A stretch of 60,255 bases of DNA, filler included, from Sluysia triapertura (taxonomy: Eukaryota): NCBI GenBank assembly GCA_046118255.1. It is 4 parts of 4 records of this genome, joined end to end, with 100 filler letters (N's around TTAATTAATTAA, not from the genome) between each part and the next. Parts side by side here need not be neighbours in the genome. Positions count along the whole stretch, not along the records: positions 22,751 to 43,732 come from JBJNIA010005555.1; 3 more parts are not named here. One strand, 5' to 3'. Shown piece after piece: positions 24,757-38,268 of this stretch (the first letter of the stretch is position 1; every line of letters starts with the position of its first letter). The notes under the pieces are model-generated. The model saw nothing but the letters and a program-made list of their open reading frames with translations. It was not told the origin of the DNA and did not search any database. A program made the translations under genes and the position numbers.

Positions 24757-26169
24757 TGTGGGACATTGTAATCATTACGGAAGCAAACCAATAGATCTTT
24801 TCTTTTTTTTGTTTTAATTTTTATGATTTTGGATTTGAATTTTTATTTAAATCGTTTTAGACTTTTATTTGTTTTGTTTATTATTATTATTACCGTAATG
24901 AAACAAATAACTATGATAAGGTTAAATTCATTAACCATAATTTTTATGTTTACAAAAAAGATTGTGACGCCCGTGTTGATCATCATAGTAGCGATCGTGC
25001 TCATGTTTATCAATATTTTGAATTTTTTATTATGTTTACGTATTACTATGAATACAAAGAACATGGAGTTACCGACGAAGACTGTGATTCGTACATCCAG
25101 GCTGAACCTATTGTTCTTTTGAGTTAACATCATGTAAGTTTCTTGTTTGTTCGATATTTTTATGTGCTTCAAGAATCAATCGATGTAGCTTATGCCTTAA
25201 ATAAGAGTCGTTTTTTACTTTTTTGTGTTAAGAGAAAAAGATACAATTTATCGTAATTCTGAGTTATTAATTATATCACCCTTTCGTAAGGACCTTAAGT
25301 CCGTTTTGTATTCATAATATAAGTTCAAATATTATAGTTATTAATGTTAAAGACGATAAGAATAAAATTAATAACTTCGAAGACTTTCGAGCATATAATT
25401 TTGAAGATCAATATAGCTCGATTAGCAATAGTAGAGATGATTTCCAAAATAACAATTTTGGAAATGACAGTGACGAAGTCAATAATGTCGAAGTCGGGTA
25501 TTGTGAGGCTAACAGTGATAACCCTAATGACAATGAAGATAACAGTGTTGGAGATAAGATTACGCAAACTAAGAAGAAAGATATTGATTATCAAGTCAGC
25601 AGCGATAAAGAACATGATGTTTTTTTCGCCGTTATGAAGATCATTTTTATGAAATTAAACAATACAAAGTTGATTTTTTAGTATTTATAAAATTAATATA
25701 CGTCTTTTCGAATCTTATTATAAATTAATTGTATTTAATTTCCTTAATGATAATAATATTTGTACTAGTGATAAAAATAAATATAAGGTTAATGAAAGTT
25801 ATAACAGTAGTAATGAGTATTTTTGATCACTTAATGATCACAAACATGATGATTCTCGACTTAGAGATAATGAGCATGAGTATTACATGTTTAATAAACA
25901 AGAAATTACTTGTATAACTGCTGTGTCCAGCTTCTACTGATAACAAAGATATTTGCTTAATGCGTGGAGTGTTCTGCAGATACACTCATTCTTTTCACGA
26001 GTTGAAGATCAGCAAAGAAGATCAAGCAACTTACAATATAAACTCGCAATGAATTACAGAATTACTAAAGAGTATTACAGTTGTTCCTGTCACTTTATCC
26101 GGAAATATTTTGATGGACAACGTTAAGGTAAATAATATTTACTTTGTGTTAACAATCATTATTTTTTCT

Positions 26170-27022
26170 TAGTAGGTGAAACGTCAAGAAATATCATACC
26201 TAGGAGAGAAGTATCAAAATTAAAATTTTTCAATAATAAAATTTTTGTCTAGAGAGGATATAACCATTAGTTTGGAACTAAAAAGTTCGAACGAAGAATT
26301 TTTAATAAGAGCTAATCTTAAATTTTATAAAGTTAAATTGTAAAAACAATAATCTAATAACATTAATCTTCATTAACTTTCGACAACATGGAGGATCGGT
26401 AGTTCGAATAAAAAATTATTTCGGCAATTCAAAAATGCTGGATAACTACCTAATTATTCAATTTTAAGAAATTTCGTAAATGATGAAGAGGGGCTATCTA
26501 CTTAATAAATTGTGCTAAAATTACATGGTGAAAATAAAATGGCCTATTTGAACCGCATGTCTCTGTATTAAAAATGAAATATCAGTTGAGGAAGAAGTAC
26601 GTAAGGAACAAGAAGCTGGACCATCAACTAGATACCGCACACTAAGCATGATCCATCAGAGAGATTATCTTTGGATGTGATAAAATATCGAATAAGAAAA
26701 ATTACCAAATCAAGAAATAAACCATTTTGTCACTCACTGCATATGTGCAATAGACGGAGAATTCTTCGAGAATTATCATATTAAAATAAGTATTAGTATT
26801 AGTATTAATAAACAATATTTGTAAATAAACAATATTTACAAACTAAATTTGTAAACAATTTTAATTGTGTTATTTAAGAACAAATCATAAAATTTACTAG
26901 TTTTTGGAAGTTTTGCATTTCATTTATATATTACCTCTTTAACAAGTTAAATTTTTAAAATTCGCAAAATATCGCCAGATGTTTACACGGGGCGGAGAAA
27001 TAAATATGGGGACGTTTAAGTG
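26170..27022 (+). mobile_element. piggyBac remnant with 3' terminus
   Basis: Decayed frames with KKLF, HDPSERLS, LH.C and FFENYH resemble the piggyBac C-terminus. Ends ...GGGGACGTTTAAGTG followed by TTAA. Left boundary approximate. Confidence 0.55.
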
Positions 27023-27560
27023 TTAATACAAGGAAAAACAAATCAAATATTGCAACACTTTATATAATTATTTTGTTTAGATACTTATCTTCCAGAACAG
27101 TGAATTTATTACATTTGAAAGATTTAATATTATCATTATTATTATTATTTTATCTTGTCAGCACATTATCTAATTGAAAAATTAGGCGCGATTCACAAGC
27201 CCTCAAATTTATTTTTACTATAAATAGCAGATGTATTCAGCTATAATACAACATAACTTGATTACAGAGTTAATTTGAATTTGAATAAACATTTTTGCAT
27301 AATTCACAAATCGCATTTAATTTTTGTAGGATTGTTTACCTTAAATAAGCCTAAACTTCACTTAAAATCATTAATATCTTTTCATCAATCTCATCACTAA
27401 TTTTAAAAATTATATATTTAGTTCAAACTTATATTTAAATTATTTAAATTATATTTCGTGTTTATTTTTGTTTCTCATTACCCTTATTATTAATTAGTAA
27501 GAGTACAACTTATGATCTATTATTGATTTTGTGTTTAAATAGATTAATTAAGATAGATTA

Positions 27561-28290
27561 TGTAGCGGTTCAGACCCTCCTTCATAGTAAAATTGAAGTT
27601 TTATTAATTAAAATCTACAGGATTTCCACCAATAAGGTCGTACTACAACTATAGGTGAACCCATTAACGGTTTTATATATGCCCAGGTTACATCATTATC
27701 ATTATTATCACTCAATCAATCAATAACTAACATAACCATCGTAGAAATTCTCGTCATTAACGTCACTTGATATTATATTTTGTAAACATGAATAAGCAAA
27801 ATCGAAGCCCTCGTTTCTTCTCCCCCTTCTTTCTGTCATCATGTGACGACATCTCTTGGATTTAGAAGCACTTTTCTGTAGTCTTGGCAATACAGTTCCA
27901 CATTCATCACTTTCAATTATCCATATGGTTCGTTGTTGACACTTTTTCACATCGCACCATCCCTCCCCTTTCTCATCGTCATTCTCTTTATCAACAAATA
28001 TGTGCTTTCTCATTGGCAAACTTGTTGCTGATTTGATTAACCAATCACCGAGATTAATTATTCGTAATAGTCGACAAATTACGATATGTAACCAATTAGA
28101 ACAGTTTGCTGTCGTGCTACTGTGATTGTATGTCGATGAAAAGGGCAACAAGCAAGTTCCAAAACACAGCTGGTCTTCTGGCATCAGTTGGAGTGGTTGA
28201 GTTTTTCTTATTTGTCCGAATTTAATGTGACTGCATTCTTTGTTTTGTAAATTATCTGAATCAATTCGAAAAACGTTTTCATTGATACTT
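27561..28290 (-). mobile_element. Ty3/Gypsy remnant: integrase fragment, polypurine tract and 3' LTR
   Basis: Minus strand reads IDSD...KECSHIK...PLQLMP (integrase zinc finger / core junction), then the PPT GAGAAAGGGGAGGG (~27961-27974), then ~400 bp with TATATAAAA and AATAAA in LTR order ending ...CCGCTACA at 27561. Confidence 0.6.
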
Positions 28291-28427
28291 CAATGTTTGG
28301 ATTACAATAAATAATCAAAAATCAATGGGTCACATTGAAATACAGTTTATAAAAATGAATCATAAAAAAGCAGAATAATCTATAATTAGTTATTGAATAA
28401 TTTTCTTTTAAGAAACTATTATTATAG

Positions 28428-28873
28428 ATGAAGATTATCAAGCTTAATGTCAACATCACTTTTGCATTTGCGGAATGTACTCTTATTAATGCAGTAAGTC
28501 CTCCAAAACAATGAGGTAAGTAAATTTGCGAAATTTTTAATGTTAAGAAATATTCAAAGTGAAAAAAATCATAAAATACAACAATATGTTCAAGGTAAAT
28601 CTAACTAATACAGTTACTTCTACAGTCGCGTCAAATGCTGCTATTAAAGTCAGTATTATGAAATGCAACAACATGCGCAAGGCAAACGTCACTGATACAG
28701 TTACAATAGTAAATTCATTTCAAGCGCTATTCAAAGTCACTTCTATTAAACATGACAATGTGTGGAACTCAGACTCTACTAGTAAAACTGTCAACAAATG
28801 GATCAACGTAAACCACTATATCAATAATACAAAATACTGTCACCACCAGACGAGATCAAACTGTAGGCAATAG
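28428..28873 (+). pseudogene. Possible secreted Thr-rich 29-aa-repeat protein (pseudo)gene
   Basis: ATG 28428 opens a signal-like exon ending at a GTAAGT donor (28516). A 32-nt intron joins it in frame to ORF 28559-28873, but there is a TGA at 28512-28514. The ORF holds ~2.5 copies of an 87-bp (29-aa) unit. Confidence 0.35.
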
Positions 28874-29399
28874 TGAGAAACATGGATACAAAACGAAGTG
28901 ATTTGTATTATTTCCTTTTACGTGATTTGATGCCTGATTCATCTCTCTGTTCTATGTTCATATCTTATTCATGTTTTAATTTTTTAGAAAGGAAAACTCA
29001 TCCCATACAGGTATAACTAACGTTTGCGTAGTTATAAATATTGAATTTACGTGAATGAACATGCTATTAAAATACAATCAATATTTTTTTAAATTAATAC
29101 ATTCAAAAAGTTAATATATACTTGACTTCATTTTTAAACCACTAAATAAATATCTAATCATAATAAACCTTTCTTCCATCATCACATCATCCTCAAAGTA
29201 ACGAAAAAAATTTCAGATTTAATTAATCAGTTATCTAAGGAAGTAGGAAGCTAGAAAAACGAAAATAAAACTTGTCAATAGAAATAAATAATTTAAAGCA
29301 CGAAAATTCAGCAATCTAAACAAATATGATTGTTTATTCATCAGTCGATAATAAAAGAGTTTATCTTCGAAAATATTTCAAAAGTTAAGTTATTTGGTA

Positions 29400-30110
29400 A
29401 GTTTTCAATCAGCATTTAAATCAAAAAGATTGACATATGTTCAACATATTTACTAGGATATGTTACAGAAACAAACTCTGAATTTGTGATCAAATGCGTA
29501 ACCTAGAAACGAATAGTAACCAATGTAAAGATGAAAGTTTTAAATGCTATCAGAAAGAATCGACACGTTTCACTATGGAACATTATCTTGAAATTCATGC
29601 TAGTGCAAGATGTATTATCTCTCTCAATTAACAAATCCAATTCTAATATTTTCATTTTTGAATTTTAAAAATAGAATTTTGTGATATTCGAATTAAACAC
29701 TGTAGCAGTATTTAATGGTTAAGCAAAAATTTGAAAAGTTTTCAGATAAAACACATACACGTCCAGTTCGTGAATTATTGTATGAATTATTTGTTAAATT
29801 TAGTAATGGTATTTCAAAATCAATTTGTATGATAGCTATAGAACCAATTAGTCGCATGCAATATATCCTTGAATTAGTTTTTGTTTACTTCAGTGTAATA
29901 CCAGACAGTTTTTTAAATTTAGCTCATAATATATTCAATAAACATGATACGCGTGTTTTCAATTTTTGTTAACGAAAATAACTTGACCACAGTAACATCT
30001 ATACATGCCAGTGTGATCACACATCTTTCATCCAGCTAGCTGCGATATATGATTTACATACTTTAGGTCGGATGAAAGAAATACGATTTTATGCGAATGT
30101 AAGAATAAAT
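29400..30110 (-). mobile_element. Possible highly decayed hAT-like transposase remnant
   Basis: Coding-like composition and a KLIQ motif followed by a degenerate TRW-like stretch. No intact frame. Confidence 0.2.
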
Positions 30111-30499
30111 TTGATATAAATAATCATTGTTCCAAGAAAATGTATCATTATTATGCCAGTTTAAAAATATAATGTAGTTTTATTTTGAATTTAATTTTCA
30201 AGACAAACAATAAAGAGGGCCTTAATCCCATTTATAACGATGTTTATCCTCGAAGTTTAAATAGTAGTCATAATTATTATTTTTACGTGATTAAATAATT
30301 AAAAATTAGAACGGGCCTTCAGTCCCTCATTTGATAACAGTGTTCTCTATAATGTAAATTTCAATATCAGAGCGATTACACAAAGTAAATTATTAAAATT
30401 ACACTTTCCTTATTAGCTCAAAATAAGTACAAATTTCTTAGAAAGGTTAGAAAGCAACTTCAATGATTCTTTTACAAGTAATACTAGGTTTCACATTAT

Positions 30500-31150
30500 T
30501 ATTTTATCATTATTTTGATTCCTTTTGATAAGACTAAAAGCTTCTGATGATTTTTCTTTAGACCAATGCGGTACAGCATCCAAAATTGTTAAGTTCTAGC
30601 AGATCTTCATTTGATACATCTCTTCCATATGAATCTAGTATGTCAATCACATTTTCCAGCCTCTCTCGGTATATCCACAATATATGGCGGAAACATATTA
30701 TTATTGCATTGTGCATCGCAACATTCTTCAATAATAAATTCTTCAGCATCAATTTTACCACACGGGTAAAGTTATTATTACTTAAGTGGTTTCGTTTTAT
30801 AAATCTTTGAAACCAAACTTTACTTGTCTTAAAAGTTTCCTCATACATATTTGACGTTGTTAGATGAAACCAAACGGACATTGCTTTTCCTTGTCAATTA
30901 TCCAAGTTTATGAGTGCGTTTATTTTATTTTTACCGAGTTTCCATGTCTTCCATTATTTTGTTACAACATTTAGAAACTGGCTTCGACTTAAACCATTAT
31001 GTTTACTAACTGTTGTGGATGGAAGATTCAATATTCGTGCAGTAACCGCTGCATGCTCTCCTCTTTTAAAACGATCTGATATATCTAATTTAATCTTTAA
31101 ACTAATAGATTTAGGCGGTTGTCTTAAGTTTTGAATGAAGTAACCATTTT
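30500..31150 (-). mobile_element. Tigger/pogo (CENP-B-like) transposase remnant
   Basis: PKSISLKIKLDISDRFKRGEHAAVTARILNLPSTTVSK (psq-type HTH) and FKTSKVWFQRFIKRNHL (CENP-B HTH motif F.AS.GWF.RF..R). Confidence 0.85.
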
Positions 31151-31309
31151 TTGCTCTTCATTTTTATAAATTATTTTTAGTTTTAGCTATGGATAAATAT
31201 TTATTTGATAGAATAAATGTTTTTCGAAATGGATTCAATGTGTTACTTGTAGGATCTATTCCCTTACTGAATAATTTATTTTATGATAAGTTCATATTAA
31301 TAACAAACT

Positions 31310-34300
31310 TGCTTGATCCAGTCCATCCAATAGACTTTCGGAGAAGTTTAGAATCACCATTAGATGTTTCCACAGATAAGGCACGACATTCAACTGGATC
31401 TGATTAATTTGATTGGCAAATTGAATGATCCAATGAAAAATGATTCCGGACAGTGTTTGCATGAGATCCACATTTCGAAAACAAGTGGCAATGACTAATA
31501 CATTGTCGCTAGTAATTGGAGAATGTGTAGGTCGAAAGGATGGATCAGAAGGGGCATTATTATTTGTGGTGGCAGTAGTAGATGGTTCTAAAGGTGTCTG
31601 GACATTGTTTGATTCATGGTGGATACTCGAAATTGCTGTATCGTTATCGGTTGACTTAGTTTGCCTAGTAATTAAGTCATCTTATTTTCTGTATGAATAA
31701 GCATTACTAGAAAATGTGTGGTTTAATCTTATTCATTTTGTAATCATATACAATCTAATATTTGGATAATAAATTCGTAGATGCCGAACTTTATTTTATG
31801 CCTTGAAAGAACGTTTGGATTAAGATGTTAAAAAGCATTTCAGAGACAAGTAGAACTACAATTTCCAGATAAAGACAGATTATGTTTAAAGTATTAAATT
31901 TAAATATTAAAATAAAGTATCAAGAAAGTTTAAATAAATTATCGTTAGATAGGTTTTATCACTAATAATTTTAAGGCGAATAAGAATAGTTTATTTTACG
32001 AGTATCAAATAACATAACATTAACCAATAATAAAGAATCAAATAAGAATTGATAATTTAATTAAATTTTTCAGAGAAAATGTTTTAATATAATAAGTTTA
32101 ATTTAGACAACAGAAAGCAGTTTTCATTTTAAATAAACATGAAATAAATAGATCTTTCAATAGATCAGCATAATTGTCATACAAACACACAACTAACTTA
32201 AAATAACTGAACTAACTTGATCTTGGACTCCTTCTTCGTCTTCAAAACCGTTACAGACGACGAACCAAGGTAAAAAACTAAATTAATAAAACACCGTAAA
32301 GATAAGTACATAATCATTCGAATTAGGGCAAATTAACTGTATTGGTGTGATGACGACATGGATACCAGTTCTTACAATAACAAGAAGGCAAAGCTGCCGA
32401 ATGTCTATCATCAATAACATTCGTAATAATTTGTTAAAATGAATATTAAAGGAATTATTGGACTCAATAAATCTAAGCATAACACGACATCTAATATTGT
32501 GACGAAAACCCCCCTTTTCTAATTAATCAATAAAATTACTTTTTGAATCATCCTTGGAAACAATGCTAGATCCGGATTTCCGATGATTTTCTTTATCCGT
32601 GGTTGACTTGAATAAAAGAAAAATATCAATGTTAAACGAATAGAATGCAAAGTACATTCATGAAATATATCATCAAATAACCTGTCTTCCAAACACCGTA
32701 TTGTGCCCGACTATCGCTCGAATAATTCGGTCATCCTCGTCTTGAGAGTGAATTTCTTCATCCCCATCATCATTGTCACCATCTTCGATGTCGTCATCTT
32801 CTTCGATCTCTTCGTACTCATCCTCCGAATATGCAATTCCACCTTCTTCGTCTCTACTAACATTACTTATGCAGCTACTGTCGCTGTATTCTGAATAATC
32901 TTCCATTAATCGAGCACGTACATCGTTTGATTCATCTAAATAGGAACCACTTAATTCCGAGTGTATCGATTCGTGATCAAAACCTTCTTTTTCACTTAGA
33001 TCTTCTTCTGGTTCTACATTCCCTGGACCTTTACGAAGTAATCTCTGCGTTAAGTCAAGTCTATGCTTTTTATGGGTTCTTCCACGATTTTTCTCCGACC
33101 TTTTAAGTGGATTCTAAATGATATTTAAAATTTACGAATTTATTAACCTCATCATTTACATCCGATTTTTTTTCATCAACTTTAATCCCAATATTATCTT
33201 TGGAACTTTCCCGAAGAGGTTCTACGTCCTCATACTTTTCTTTCTCATTTTCGAACACGTGCTGCAGTTTCTGCTTCGACAAAGCAAACCTGATTGCTTC
33301 ATCATGGCGCTCAAATAACAAAGATTTCTCGTAACCTTGACTACGAATTTCATCTCGAATACGTATCAAACACTGATTTAGCACTTGTCCAATCAAATTC
33401 ATCAGAAAACATCGACTCAATTCTAGACTTTCTTCACCACAATCATCATCTTCATCATTATTGTTGTTATCCGCATCGACATTAGTATCGTTACTGTGAT
33501 CACAAGTTTCGCTATTTTCATCGGTTTGTTTATTTAAGTCACCAGTAAATTCTGAGGCGTCGTTATTAGCAGAACATGTTGTTTTGTTTACACTGAGATG
33601 CTCCTCCTGGTTTTTCTAAAAATAAATGACACATAGAATAGTAACATATTAATAAACAATTGTATTATTTAATAACCCTACCACTATCACAAATTACTCA
33701 CTTAATTATTATCTGGAATATAATATTAGCAACTCAGCAGTTAGCAGCACTTCAGAACTTTATTAACTATTACTTAGGAGTTAACCCTTTGCGGTCCTAT
33801 TTTATTTCCATTGAATCCTTTACAGGTCTTATTTCATTCCAGCAAAAACACAAAACGCCTGACTCAAAAAAACATACTCAACTCGAATTTATGCTTATTA
33901 TTATTTATTTATTAATTTAATTACGTTTATGTTATATTTATGTAATATCAGCTAGTGTAATGCTTTTCGGTACATGAGGGTCATAACGTGTCGCAGACCA
34001 TTCTGCTCACTTTTTTATTATGTATGTAACTACTTACTATCGCGACTCAGAGAAAAAACATTTTCTCCACCACTTGATTGATTTTCTAGTAAAACGGCAG
34101 CTAGAAATGTAGTGGTCTGCACAATCAACAGCACCCATGTGGTAATATAATCTATGAACATTTTCTTATCAGACCATCTTCGACATATAACAGATTACAT
34201 AAACATTTCAATGTTTGTCGGGGTTGCCTCGACTGGAACGTGAAAATTGCAATTTATCACATCTTGAACTTGTTTCTGTTGCTAGATGTGAAAGTGCAAT

Positions 34301-37154
34301 CTTTTACAATTAGGAAATTTGCTCTACAAAAGGGACATTATGTGGAGTCAATTATTTAAATTTGAGCTAAATGTTATTTAAACTTTATATCTTATTTCAG
34401 AATTCTTTTCACTATATTTATTCTAATGCAAACGTCCTTCTTTTCATCTCATGCAATTGCTTCTGTTATAGTCTGATTATTTTTTATAATTTCGTATTAT
34501 ATGACCAATTTCAGTACTTAGTTAACTGCATTTCTGTGATCATATGGTCAATTACTTCTATATTGTAGTTAAATACATTCTACAACTTTTATTTACATCC
34601 ACATTGTGTAACCTTATGCTTATTAGTATTCATCATTCATTTTCATTTCATTGTTAGTTTAAAATACATCCTTTTTTCCGCATTACTTCTTGTTTCCTTA
34701 CTTTGATCAGTTTTTGAAAGTGTCTTTACGATGATATTCAAATTATATTCAATTTTAAGCCCTCTGATAAATCAAAATAAAATTATGTCCTCATACAAAA
34801 GAAAATAATCGATTAAATAAAATCTAATTACCTTTAGTTTGTTTTCTAATTGATACAATGACGCAACTCCAATAAACAAAAGTTGTTCAATCATATCTCG
34901 AGTTAAAAATGTCGGTTTTTTATTGGTAAAACTACAACTAGCTGAACTGTTATTGGTTATTTTTCTTTCCAATCCCAGAACTGACGAATAAAGTCGTAGC
35001 ACATCATCACACATATGAGCCAATCGAAATAAATCTTCTCTAATATAAAAAATAAATATAATATAATTAGTTTATTTTATGAAATCACACTAGTGGGAGG
35101 CCAAAACGATATCTTTATTAAATACCTTTTATTTTATGATCGACCATGTATCACTGAAGGTACCGATGAAAATAAATCAGAATCACAAACACACACCACA
35201 CAGAGAAATCAAGTTATTTCAATCGTAAATCAATCAAAGGAAATTTCTTTCCAGATTTATCATTTAATGACCTTTCTAAAGAAACTGACTGAAAAGAAAT
35301 CTATGAATATTTAGTAGACTTCCCAAAATTCGCGCAATTCCTCTTATTATCATCGATTTAGACAATAACATGAAACTACTGAAGGTGACAAGAAAGAGCG
35401 GTATTATTTGGTGTCCTTATTTATCAACATTGATCTATTATTGTAGCAGGAGTAACAGTGATTTATAAATAATATAGCATAAATTATTATTATTGTGAGT
35501 AGCACATAAGACAAAAATTACGAAACCAACCTTTTAACATTGTAATTAGTGAAACAATGCCAAATATTCAGATATTTCACTATTGCTGCCTTGACTTTGA
35601 ATGATCTAGAAATAAATTCAATGCTGAGAATATAATTTGTTTTTAAAATAAAACTTAAATCACCGTTTCTTTAAGGAAATGTTTAACCCTTTGACTACCA
35701 ATGGGACGATGGGTCCCACAGAAACTATGTTCTACATCAGTGGGTTAAAAGTAGCTTTAAACAGCCTAACAGATCGTCCCAATGATTGTGTAGTTTATTG
35801 AATGACGTGAAATCAGCTGGTCGGTTACATTTCTTCAATTATGCCATGGCGATAAGTTATTAGCCAATTAAGTTAATATTATAAAAGGTTTGGTAGTGAA
35901 AGGGTTAAAAGTTCTGAAATACCATATTTAGAAAAAGAACATGAATTATTTAGTATGTGCTAATTCCTAAAAAACACAATGCAACATTATCTAAGATAAG
36001 CTGTAAGATCATCGCAACAGAAGTACACAGAATCTCTCTTATCTGGTATAAACAATAAATGTAAGATAGATGAGATATAGCAACTTTACATTATTTAATA
36101 ATCAAATAAATAACTTGATGCTGGCTTTTTTATTTTCTCTATTCCCGTAATGATTGTAAAATAGTTCTTTATCGATTACTGCTCTTAATCTTTTAATATT
36201 CTTCTCGAATAGTATTAGCAAATTATCTTGGGCCACTCCAAACGGTTCCTGCGACAATAGAGCTCTGGCAAAATAATAAGCTGCCGTAGAACCGTAGTTA
36301 CAAAGCATTTCCAATGTACCCAGTTGATTGTAGGCATGTCCGTAGCCTGGATTCATCTTTAAAACCATCGTGTAATAAATACGAGGCAGCTCATAATTTA
36401 TTATCCACACTGAATCAGTTTCAACTTTATTGTTGTCATCTATCTCCAATTCGTAGCGATCTGTAATTACACGAAGTTAATACAATATGCATCACACACT
36501 TATCAAGCAAACATTAAAACCAAACGTCAGAAAACGTACATAAATCTCCCATGTAAAGCAACGAACGTTGAGCACATTTAAGAGCCCAATCCTTAATAGA
36601 AATATTAACTTCTTCATCAGAACCCTCAATCTCATCTGGAACTAAAAGATGAACGAAATAATCAGGAAAAATGTCTTCAGTTAATCTAAATTTTGTTATT
36701 AAACTTATTATTAATTTGTGATAATATCCCAGAGATTCTTTAATATGACGTCGATAAGAAACATACAATACTGAATCATTTGATAAAAGTCCATTATTAT
36801 TTGAATTATTCAATTTAATATTTCGTTTAAAAATTCTAATAGGTTCATAAAATATTGACTTCCAAATTGTATCTTCTGCCTTTTGGCCAAATTCTAATGG
36901 CTCTAAAAACATTAACTTCCTTAAATTTTCTTTTAATCTGCATTTATAAAATCAATGTAATAAATAGTTTACTTATAACGCATAAATTTAATATCATCAT
37001 TAAGAAAAATCTCTTCACAATTTCTTAACTGATAACTTTGAACTAATTTCTTCAATACTTCTGCGATTACTCGTATATAAGTTTTTTCTTTAATGCTGGC
37101 ATTAGGCCTGATACCTAATTTTATACTATTTTGCTGTTTATTTGTAACTGACAT
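31310..37154 (-). CDS. SMG5: SMG5-like (EST1 family) nonsense-mediated decay factor; C-terminal PIN exons not identified
   Basis: Exons 37154-36973, 36937-36540 and 36460-36115 join in phase. Further exons at ~36083-36027, ~35040-34832, ~33616-33148, 33113-~32682, ~32608-32540 and ~31681-31310. Motifs LRKLMFLEPLEFGQKAEDTIWKSIFYE, QRSLLYMGDLYRY, GHAYNQLGTL, YYFARAL..EPFGVAQDNL and FHWI...LWKHLMVILN match SMG5. Internal exon boundaries are approximate. Confidence 0.85.
33785..34740 (-). mobile_element. piggyBac remnant inside an SMG5 intron
   Basis: Terminus TTAA|CCCTTTGCGGTCC at 33781-33797. Minus strand reads HMGAVD..ADHYIS..FTRKSIKWWRKCFF (piggyBac YN..MG.VD...RK..KWW motif). Far boundary approximate. 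Confidence 0.8.
35687..35904. mobile_element. piggyBac-type MITE (218 bp) in an SMG5 intron
   Basis: 14-bp TIRs CCCTTTGACTACCA / TGGTAGTGAAAGGG (1 mismatch) with TTAA on both sides. Confidence 0.88.
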
Positions 37155-37608
37155 TAAATAAAATACAAAAAAATATTTAAATGTATATATTTAAATACAT
37201 AAAATGCAATTAAAATTTTAGATTCTGATAAATATATGAATTTAGTATAAATTATTAATCAACGATAAATATATAGTTATATAAACAAAATTATCATAAA
37301 TATGACAAAAATCTGAATGTTATAATATTATATTTTTTAGAATGAAAACATTAAAAAATGTGTATATGATTTTGGTTCATTAATCTTTCATCACGCGAAC
37401 TGAAATATCGCATTATTATATTTAATTTTATTAATAAAAAATTATTAACTTAAAAAATAATTTTAATAAAATGTTTAAAAACCTACTTTAGTAGTTATAT
37501 GGAATAAAATATTTTTTAATTTTATGTTTGTTTAACTGGATTTACTTTTACTGTAACTTCTCAAATAATTAATTGTTCTCATTAAATTGACGTGGCTTAT
37601 TTAGAAAT
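37155..37608. promoter_or_regulatory. Putative bidirectional promoter between SMG5-like and TMED
   Basis: Divergent start codons are only 454 bp apart. Confidence 0.5.
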
Positions 37609-38268
37609 ATGTTAAAAGTATTAATAATATTATTGCTTTGTTTAATTTCGGATATTTTATCATTTCCTAAATTGCTCACATTTGAATTACCTGATAAGGA
37701 AAAATTATGCTTCTATGAAAAATTAGCGTTGAATAAAAAATATATATTTACATTTAGAGTAATAAAAGGTGGTAATAATGATGCCGATGTTAAGATAATA
37801 GCTCCATCAAAGAAAATTTTAGCAGATAAACAAAAGAGTCATTTTGATTTAATTTCATTTAAAACATATGAAGATGGTTCATATGCATTTTGTTTCTCAA
37901 ATGAATTTTCATCTTTCTCCCATAAACAAGTGTTTTTTGAATTAAGACCAGAGATTTTTGAAACTTTGCAAGAAGAAGCTGGGTTTGGGAATAAACCGAC
38001 AGCATTAACAATGATGGAAACATCGTTGGATAACATTCACGTTCATTTATCAGAAGTGGAAGAATATCAAACAATGTATCGTAATGAGGAAGCGGAAGGA
38101 CGGGCATTAAGTGAAAGTTTAAATCAAAACGTTTTATTTTGGAATGCAGTAGTTGCTGTTAGTATAATTTTAACTGGATATGGTCAAGTTTTGATATTGA
38201 AGACATTTTTTAGTGATAAGTCAAGTATTGGAATCGGATTAAGTAATAAACGTATGACTAAAGTTTAA
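37609..38268 (+). CDS. TMED7: p24/TMED cargo receptor, gamma subfamily (TMED7/TMED3-like), intronless
   Basis: Signal peptide, GOLD domain (LTFELPDKEKLCFYE; Y.FCFSNEFSSFSHKQVFF), coiled-coil, transmembrane helix and an FFSDK...V cytoplasmic tail. Confidence 0.93.
   Translation: MLKVLIILLLCLISDILSFPKLLTFELPDKEKLCFYEKLALNKKYIFTFRVIKGGNNDADVKIIAPSKKILADKQKSHFDLISFKTYEDGSYAFCFSNEFSSFSHKQVFFELRPEIFETLQEEAGFGNKPTALTMMETSLDNIHVHLSEVEEYQTMYRNEEAEGRALSESLNQNVLFWNAVVAVSIILTGYGQVLILKTFFSDKSSIGIGLSNKRMTKV

Noticed and set aside
24823-25917. Ile/Met-rich membrane-like ORFs on both strands
   Set aside because: Off-frame and antisense readings of GAT/AAT-rich codon-periodic sequence, not credible proteins.
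31189-33485. Several + strand ORFs
   Set aside because: Antisense shadows of SMG5-like exons.
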